Shown piece by piece: positions 35,977-41,592 of a stretch of DNA of 41,592 nucleotides; the first letter of the stretch is position 1; every line of letters begins with the position of its first letter. A program made the translations under genes and the position numbers. The stretch is from positions 82,083 to 123,674 of the IMG/VR virus record IMGVR_UViG_3300016667_000726. One strand, written 5' to 3'. The notes below the pieces were generated by a model, which was not told the DNA's origin, searched no databases, and saw only the letters and a list, made by a program, of their open reading frames with translations. The DNA comes from a virus.

Positions 35977-37928
35977 CGTGTACTCTTCTTGATATGGTTG
36001 ATGACGAGAGCTCGGGCCGTCTGTAGAAGGCCCTGACTCAATCCTTGTTTGTTATCGAACAGCCCGTAACCGCCTGCCCCGAAGGCAGCGTCGTAGTGCG
36101 AGCGAGTCCCTTCTCCGCCGTAGCACAGTACGGACAGAGTAATCCCCGCCTTGTGAATGTCGGAGATCAAGTTCCTCATGTCCTGCGTGGGGTCTCCAAC
36201 CGAGTTCCTTCCACGGCAGGTGGTTGGGAAGCCATCCGTCGCTAGGATGATTGCCCGCTGACTCTTGGAATTCTTGGCCCACTCAAACGCGGCATCGAGC
36301 GCCTGAACGATTGCCGTGCCTCCGTGCCGGAGCTGTGGCACACCCCGGAAGCTGCCCAACTTGCTGAAGACATAGACCGCATCGGAGAAGGCCCACTGGC
36401 TGACCTTGATCTCCGGTTTGGTCGAGAACTCAATGTCGGAGAGTGCTTGATCCAGCAGCTCAAGACCAGCGCCCAACATAGATCCACTGACGTCCCCGAG
36501 GACTAGCAGTTCCATGCCACTTTCCTTGCGGATCTTCAAGAAGACGCGAGGGTCCTCATGCAGCTCATTGTTCGCCGCCGCCTCGATGTAGGACTCCACA
36601 TCCACATCGTCTCCCTCCTCCGACAACTGGAACTTCCGCTTCATGCGGATCTTCTCCAGCTCCTTCTTCATCAGCAGGCCCTGACGGGAAGTAGGAGGCA
36701 GTGGGAGCGCAGGCGTAACAATCGACCCTTGAATGGAGGCCAAGGCAAAAGCGGCGAGGAACCGCTGCGCCTGGACATCTGCGTCGGACATTTGGGGCAG
36801 AGACATGAGCTTCCGGGCCTGCTCAAGCCGAGCCTCCATCTCCTCTTTACCCTTCTCTCTCAGGTCTTCGATGGCCTGCTCATCTCCGTTGATCGCCTTC
36901 TCGATCTTGCTCACCTTGGCCATGATTGAGGCATCTGGCGTCACCCGAGAGGATGCCGGGACATCCATGTCGGACTCCCCAAGACCATCAAGACCTCCGT
37001 CTTCCGATGATGGAGCAGCCTTGAGCAGCGACTGGACTCGGAGCTCGTTCTGAGCCTGCATCTTCTGACGTTGCTGCGCAGCCTGAGCCGGGTTGCGCCC
37101 TCTATTCTTCGAGGCAGCCTGGATCTTTGGCTTACCCTTCGCCCCTCCTCCTTGCTGGTTGTCCTCTTCCTCTTCCTCGTCGCTGTCTTCCTCTTCGTCC
37201 TCGTCCCCTGCTTGTCCTCCGCTCATAGGCGGGGGCGGCTCCTGCTTAGGAAGCAACTCATCCGCAATCCGATCCACGAGGAGACCTGAGATGCCCAGGC
37301 AGGTGTAAGCGTCCACGCCCAGAACCATGTTCATGGCCCACTCGATGTGCTTGGCGCACCTCTCAAACTCGGGAGGAGCATTGTCTGGAGGAGCTCCGGC
37401 GGCGACGCAAGCCAGGTATGCAACCAATTCCTCTCGTGCCTTCTCTCCAAGCTCGTACTTGCAGATATCCCTCCACCGTTGCTGGAGGAGCTCTCCGCCC
37501 CCGGGGTACAACTCCGACCAGAGCAAGCAGATCCGCCAGTCCTCTAGGATGTTCCAGAGGAAGTGAATGACCCGCTCAAGTGGCAAACGCAGGCTGTCAT
37601 CTCGGCTCGGCAAGCCTGCGCCCTCAAGAAGGCGCTGAGCCCTCTTACGCGCGAAGATGGTGGCGGCAGTCACGTCGGAGCCAAACACGATGTGCGAGAC
37701 CTCGTGCTCGGCAATGAGGTACATCTCCGGGTCCGTAGGATTTAGCCGTACGTAAGACTTGCAGTCAGTGCTTCCTCCGGAGCCCGGAAGCAGCTTGATG
37801 TCCCCGACCCCGGCGATCTTGCCGAATGTGGCGACCAACCGCTGTGCGCTCTCCCATAGGTCTTCGGGAGTACCACCCATCGGCCCAAGATTGATCTTGG
37901 GCCTCCTCGACTCTGTTTGTGCTTCCAT
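35973..37928 (-). CDS. vWA-domain protein with N-terminal HExxH module and acidic linker (MoxR partner)
   Basis: HEVSH, NILEDWRI, poly-E/D linker, MIDAS DVSGSM...GGT...TDG. Confidence 0.85.
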   Translation of the reverse strand: MEAQTESRRPKINLGPMGGTPEDLWESAQRLVATFGKIAGVGDIKLLPGSGGSTDCKSYVRLNPTDPEMYLIAEHEVSHIVFGSDVTAATIFARKRAQRLLEGAGLPSRDDSLRLPLERVIHFLWNILEDWRICLLWSELYPGGGELLQQRWRDICKYELGEKAREELVAYLACVAAGAPPDNAPPEFERCAKHIEWAMNMVLGVDAYTCLGISGLLVDRIADELLPKQEPPPPMSGGQAGDEDEEEDSDEEEEEDNQQGGGAKGKPKIQAASKNRGRNPAQAAQQRQKMQAQNELRVQSLLKAAPSSEDGGLDGLGESDMDVPASSRVTPDASIMAKVSKIEKAINGDEQAIEDLREKGKEEMEARLEQARKLMSLPQMSDADVQAQRFLAAFALASIQGSIVTPALPLPPTSRQGLLMKKELEKIRMKRKFQLSEEGDDVDVESYIEAAANNELHEDPRVFLKIRKESGMELLVLGDVSGSMLGAGLELLDQALSDIEFSTKPEIKVSQWAFSDAVYVFSKLGSFRGVPQLRHGGTAIVQALDAAFEWAKNSKSQRAIILATDGFPTTCRGRNSVGDPTQDMRNLISDIHKAGITLSVLCYGGEGTRSHYDAAFGAGGYGLFDNKQGLSQGLLQTARALVINHIKKSTR

Positions 37929-37937
37929 TGATTCTCC

Positions 37938-38819
37938 TTAGGCCGGGCTGACCCAGAGCTCAGTGCTGGTGAGATCGATCTTGAGGCCTGAAGCGACTCG
38001 ACGCTGGAACTCAACCAGTCCGGCGGCCTCGTACTTACCCTCAAGCTCCTTGAGCGGACGGGCGAGATCTTCGTGCTGCGCCCACGAACGCATGACGGCG
38101 ACGAGATCACGAGTGGACAGGGAGTAGCCCATCGTGTTGGAACGGGTGTACTCAGCGAGCTCGAACAGACTGCGGAGGAGGACACGCTCTCGCGCATTCG
38201 GCTGCCGACCGAGGGCAGCTTCGAACTCCTTGTCCAAGATCTCCATCTCCTTCTTCTTGGGCATGAAGCCGATGTTGATGATGGTGAAGCGGGACATCAA
38301 GTCTTCGTTGATGTCGTATGTTCCGGCGTAGTTCGGGTTCATCGTGCCGATGACCCAGAGTCGCGAGTGCGGATCAACCCGGAAGACATGGCCAGCCTTC
38401 GGGAGCACGACCTCTTGCCGATGGTCGGTCAGCGGGTTCAGCATCTTCTGCGCGCGAGGAGAGAGCGCATTGATCTCCTCAAGGACCAGGATGCAGGCAC
38501 CCTCGCTGTTGGCTACGTCGATCGCGGTAGTCAACGAGCCGAGACTGAACGCGCCGTCCAAGGTGAACGTCCCGTACAGATCTCGAGCGGTATCTTCCTC
38601 GGTGCATGGATGGCGGACGACCGGGACTCCGATCTCAGATGCGAACTGCTCGATGGCCATCGTCTTGCCAGTGCCCTTGGCACCCTTCAAGATCAACGGC
38701 TCGCCAAATGCCTTCGTGCGGAGGTAGCCCGTCAAGCCAAAGTCGACGTACTTGTCGTACGGACGAGGAATGAGTTGATCAGACGAAGTCCGCGTAATGC
38801 GGGTGGTTGTAGCGCTCAA
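37938..38819 (-). CDS. MoxR-family AAA+ ATPase (CbbQ/NorQ-like)
   Basis: GAKGTGKT Walker A, LVLEEIN Walker B, GTMNP-x-YAGT, SRF, STR; TTG start with AAGGAGGT. Confidence 0.9.
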   Translation of the reverse strand: MSATTTRITRTSSDQLIPRPYDKYVDFGLTGYLRTKAFGEPLILKGAKGTGKTMAIEQFASEIGVPVVRHPCTEEDTARDLYGTFTLDGAFSLGSLTTAIDVANSEGACILVLEEINALSPRAQKMLNPLTDHRQEVVLPKAGHVFRVDPHSRLWVIGTMNPNYAGTYDINEDLMSRFTIINIGFMPKKKEMEILDKEFEAALGRQPNARERVLLRSLFELAEYTRSNTMGYSLSTRDLVAVMRSWAQHEDLARPLKELEGKYEAAGLVEFQRRVASGLKIDLTSTELWVSPA

Positions 38820-38842
38820 ATGACCTCCTTTGGTCTAGGAGT

Positions 38843-38872
38843 CTTGTGCCAGAACTTCCTCGATCCTTGACA
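38843..38872 (-). promoter_or_regulatory. Putative phage promoter motif, copy 4
   Basis: Minus strand TGTCAAGGATCGAGGAAGTTCTGGCACAAG, upstream of the AAA gene RBS. Confidence 0.55.
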
Positions 38873-38902
38873 GGATGAGTAACGTAGGAGTAAGACAACC
38901 CC

Positions 38903-39190
38903 ATGACCACGAAGAACCTAGACCTGACCCACTTGTCGATCACGGAGGCGGAGCGCCACGTCGGTCACCTCCTTCGCCAGGCCCTGATGAACTCCCCCAT
39001 TGGGGCCTTTGTGTTGAAGGGATCAGATGGCAGTCTCTCCTTCCTCAACGCAGCTGTCTTCCTGCGGAGGATCCCAACGGAGGAACTGATTCAGTTCCTC
39101 ATGACTGTGGGCATCTCTGAGGACGTAGTTATCGATCTCATTGCCACGCTAGAGGAGACCAGCGATGAAGAAGTCGAGACCAACCCTTGA
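38903..39190 (+). CDS. Hypothetical protein
   Basis: AGGAG upstream; acidic C-terminus. Confidence 0.6.
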   Translation: MTTKNLDLTHLSITEAERHVGHLLRQALMNSPIGAFVLKGSDGSLSFLNAAVFLRRIPTEELIQFLMTVGISEDVVIDLIATLEETSDEEVETNP

Positions 39191-39479
39191 GGTCTATTCC
39201 ACTCCTCAGGACAAGCGGCTCTACCCGGCCTATGCGGTCAACCTACAGGACATGAGACGCGCTCTGAAGCGCGTGGCTGCCATGGTTTCCTCCGGGGAAC
39301 TCAAGTTGTCCAGGACCGATCTGAATACCTACGCCTCAAATTTCCTGAAGGCCAAGATCTCCGGCTGCACGGACGTCATCATTGACCCTTGGTCCCGCAA
39401 GCTGTTCATCAAGACACAGGATGCTCTAGGTGCTCCGTACGAGTACGTCGCCTATGTGCCTCCGGAGTGGCCCAGCTAG
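39165..39479 (+). CDS. Hypothetical protein
   Basis: GAGGAG RBS before ATG. Confidence 0.6.
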   Translation: MKKSRPTLEVYSTPQDKRLYPAYAVNLQDMRRALKRVAAMVSSGELKLSRTDLNTYASNFLKAKISGCTDVIIDPWSRKLFIKTQDALGAPYEYVAYVPPEWPS

Positions 39480-39508
39480 CTAAAGTATCCGGGCCTAACT
39501 GGCACAAG
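39479..39508 (+). promoter_or_regulatory. Putative phage promoter motif, copy 5
   Basis: GCTAAAGTATCCGGGCCTAACTGGCACAAG upstream of the ParB-like gene; CTGGCACAAGA is identical to copy 4. Confidence 0.55.
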
Positions 39509-39550
39509 AGAAATGGGACGCACGCCCACTAACCCTTAGGAGATACCACC

Positions 39551-40405
39551 ATGGGTGGATGGTTCGACCACAGCGGTCTTCCCGTCGTTCATCCGGACGA
39601 CGTTGTGACCAATGACACGATCAAGAACATTCGTAAGACCTTCTCCAAGGAGAAGATCACGCAGCTCGCGGAATCCATTTACGCCGAAGGTTTGATGCAC
39701 CCGCCGATCGTCGTTGAGACGGATCTGGGCGGAGGAGAGTCGCAGTACGAGCTGATCGCGGGCGCTCAGCGCCTTGCAGCCATCAAGCAGATCCGAAAGG
39801 AGATCGACCCCTCCTTCATGGAGGAGCTGCCCGTCATTCTCTTTGATGGGAACTTGGCTGACGCTGTCTTCGCGAACGCGCTTGAGAACCTCGACCGAGA
39901 GGACCTCAACGACGTCGACATTGCTGAGTGGCTCTTCGATCGGGTCAACGGAGACAACCCCGTGGAGCGCTCCGAGCTCTCCCAACGGCTCCACCGCTCT
40001 GAGGCCTGGATCTCTCAGCACGTCACGTTCATCGAGAACGCGTGCGTGATGCTCATCGAGGCTGTCCGTACTGGCATGATCTCTTTCTCTGCTGGCTATG
40101 AGCTGAGCAAGAAGTCGAAGGAGGTTCAGGAGCGGTTCCTCAAGTCGAATCAGAAGACCTGGGACAAGCTAACGGCCGAGGACGCTCGCAACTCGGACAA
40201 CCCCGACAAGACCCGCAAGCCTACGAAGAAGGCCATTGAGAACCGGCTGGCGCAGGTGACGCGCATGCTCGACGATGATCCGAACAACGCGGGGCTCCGC
40301 GGCATCGAGATGACGCTGCGCTGGGTTACAGGACTCCTCACGAGTGTTGAGTTCGACGAGGTGATTCGACTCACCTCCGGAGAACCTGAGGAAGAAATCG
40401 AATGA
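39551..40405 (+). CDS. ParB/Spo0J-like protein
   Basis: NIRK-x-F...LAESI-x3-GL-x2-P-x-IV, YELIAGAQRLAA, ENLDREDL, then HTH ELSQRLHRSEAWISQ. Confidence 0.88.
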   Translation: MGGWFDHSGLPVVHPDDVVTNDTIKNIRKTFSKEKITQLAESIYAEGLMHPPIVVETDLGGGESQYELIAGAQRLAAIKQIRKEIDPSFMEELPVILFDGNLADAVFANALENLDREDLNDVDIAEWLFDRVNGDNPVERSELSQRLHRSEAWISQHVTFIENACVMLIEAVRTGMISFSAGYELSKKSKEVQERFLKSNQKTWDKLTAEDARNSDNPDKTRKPTKKAIENRLAQVTRMLDDDPNNAGLRGIEMTLRWVTGLLTSVEFDEVIRLTSGEPEEEIE

Positions 40406-40632
40406 GGAGGCTCGACATGGACAACGAGGATGACGGGCTTCCCTCGGCATACAAGTACGCGCATCGGGTGCTTGAGCTTCTAGAGAGCGGAGAGCTGCGG
40501 CTCGGCTACGATCAGGCGGGCAACGCTCTCCTGTTCTTCACACCGGAAGGGGACGCATCGCGCGCGGTGCCTCTCGCCATCCTGCTCCCCGTCGATCCAG
40601 TCTCCATGTTGGGTGATCCAATCACCGCGTAG
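40402..40632 (+). CDS. Hypothetical protein
   Basis: Follows the ParB-like gene; GAGGAGG may favour ATG 40417. Confidence 0.55.
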   Translation: MRRLDMDNEDDGLPSAYKYAHRVLELLESGELRLGYDQAGNALLFFTPEGDASRAVPLAILLPVDPVSMLGDPITA

Positions 40633-40688
40633 TTAACGAGACTCCCAAGGAAAGCCTCTCCTTGGGTGTTCTCTTTAGGAGTCAGAGC

Positions 40689-40976
40689 ATGTTGGTGAAG
40701 ACAGAGGACATGGTCGAGGAGGAACGCAGGTTTGAGGACTTCCTGCTGTCTCTCGACACGATCCTCTTCTGCGGTGTGACTCGGATCCTCGCAGAGGAGG
40801 AAGATCTGGAAGCTAAGAAGTTCAAGGTTGTCGTAGGGGCCTCTCCCGCCCTCGCTCCCCTTGTAGAGCTTGAGGTCGGAGCAAGGATTGCAAGCACGGA
40901 ATGGGCTGACTGCGCAGAACTCAATCTCATGGTCATGCGTGGCAGGATTGGGCAAGAGCTCGGCAGTGAAGACTAA
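40689..40976 (+). CDS. Hypothetical acidic protein
   Basis: AGGAG RBS upstream of ATG 40689. Confidence 0.5.
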   Translation: MLVKTEDMVEEERRFEDFLLSLDTILFCGVTRILAEEEDLEAKKFKVVVGASPALAPLVELEVGARIASTEWADCAELNLMVMRGRIGQELGSED

Positions 40977-41085
40977 AAGAGGATGGGGCCGACTATTAGG
41001 TCGGTCACCCATCCTCCGCAGGACGGATCGCGAGATTTAGAGGAGGTGCGTGCGATACCGCTGAAGCTATAGCTTCCCCTGCTAC
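40974..41085 (-). ncRNA. Candidate ~110-nt small RNA
   Basis: Lies between promoter motif copy 6 and a terminator, with no well-placed RBS/ORF. Inference only. Confidence 0.3.
40975..41016 (-). terminator. Intrinsic terminator, U-tract on the minus strand
   Basis: Plus strand AAAA-GAGGATGGGGCCGAC-tattag-GTCGGTCACCCATCCTC. Confidence 0.7.
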
Positions 41086-41089
41086 TTCT

Positions 41090-41119
41090 CTTATACCTGA
41101 GTACCGCTAGATTTTCACG
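41090..41119 (-). promoter_or_regulatory. Putative phage promoter motif, copy 6
   Basis: Minus strand CGTGAAAATCTAGCGGTACTCAGGTATAAG; same spacing as copy 3. Confidence 0.55.
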
Positions 41120-41513
41120 GCTCCTCGATAGCCGCAGCAATCCATACTTGGACCGAGGGACTTCCTCCCAGGCTCAGCGTACTCACGACTGGCTGGATCC
41201 GAATAGGGCCGCCCTCGAGCAGGATCTTGTAGCGAACTGTACCCGCTACGGAAGTGGAGAACTGATACTCCGAGGTGGGCAGGAGCTTCGCCCACTCTTG
41301 GCTGACAGGGTCGTACGCATAGAGGTCGATCACGGCGCTGCCCGGACCTGTACCCGCTACCTTGAACGTAACCCAAGCGTATCTGGGTCCCTCAAGGAGT
41401 ACACCCTCCGTGGACAGGGTCGGGGCACTGGTGGTCGTAGTAGCGATCAGTACCCGGCGGTTCGTCGGGGTGGATCCTGACTTGGCCGAGACCAACTTCA
41501 CGAGACGGGCCAT
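41115..41513 (-). CDS. Hypothetical beta-rich protein, possibly structural
   Basis: GGAGAG RBS before ATG 41513 (MARLVKLVSAKSGS...); T/S/V-rich. Confidence 0.6.
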   Translation of the reverse strand: MARLVKLVSAKSGSTPTNRRVLIATTTTSAPTLSTEGVLLEGPRYAWVTFKVAGTGPGSAVIDLYAYDPVSQEWAKLLPTSEYQFSTSVAGTVRYKILLEGGPIRIQPVVSTLSLGGSPSVQVWIAAAIEEP

Positions 41514-41592
41514 GGAGCTCTCCATTCTTAGCGTGGATCTTACCCCAGCAAGGAGCAGAAGGCTAAAAGAGGCCAGGAACAAGTCCTGGCCA

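Larger units (their letters stand above)
1..41592. mobile_element. Segment of a large myovirus-like bacteriophage genome (head and tail morphogenesis region plus accessory genes)
   Basis: Terminase large subunit, capsid, neck, sheath and tube-like genes in canonical order; dense, mostly co-oriented ORFs; no host housekeeping operons. Free phage versus prophage cannot be decided from this window. Confidence 0.93.

Noticed and set aside
38843-39508. CTGGCAC as a sigma-54 -24 box
   Set aside because: No TTGC -12 element at the required spacing; the wider six-copy motif explains it better.
40512-41012. 166-aa minus-strand ORF
   Set aside because: Starts inside the terminator hairpin, has no usable RBS spacing and overlaps two plus-strand genes.
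1-41592. tRNA, rRNA, CRISPR arrays, introns/inteins, reverse transcriptase, stop-codon recoding
   Set aside because: None recognised; core genes are uninterrupted in the standard code and all three stop codons are used.

Overview
This window is part of a large, GC-rich tailed-phage genome of myovirus type (contractile tail). It holds the morphogenesis region: GpA-like terminase large subunit, candidate prohead protease, scaffold/core-like proteins, major capsid protein, neck proteins, a 1276-aa tail sheath and tail tube. Short blocks of non-structural genes, mostly on the minus strand, are interleaved (RNase HII, HTH protein, MoxR AAA/vWA pair, ParB-like protein). Two patterns stand out beyond the gene list. 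(1) About 20 head-region and accessory proteins carry a recurring K-x-A motif (KVAS, KTAS, KKAS, KEAA...). It falls at junctions between unrelated domains (Dps, glycosyltransferase, nucleotidyltransferase-like, zinc ribbon, glycine-zipper membrane segments) and co-occurs with two shared short peptide tags. I infer a protease-processed, modular capsid-cargo polyprotein system. (2) A six-copy promoter-like motif precedes the non-structural genes and points to an uncalled 40-aa membrane peptide gene and a candidate ~110-nt small RNA. No tRNA, rRNA, CRISPR array, integrase or portal gene was recognised. All product calls come from motif recognition by eye; no database searches were run.
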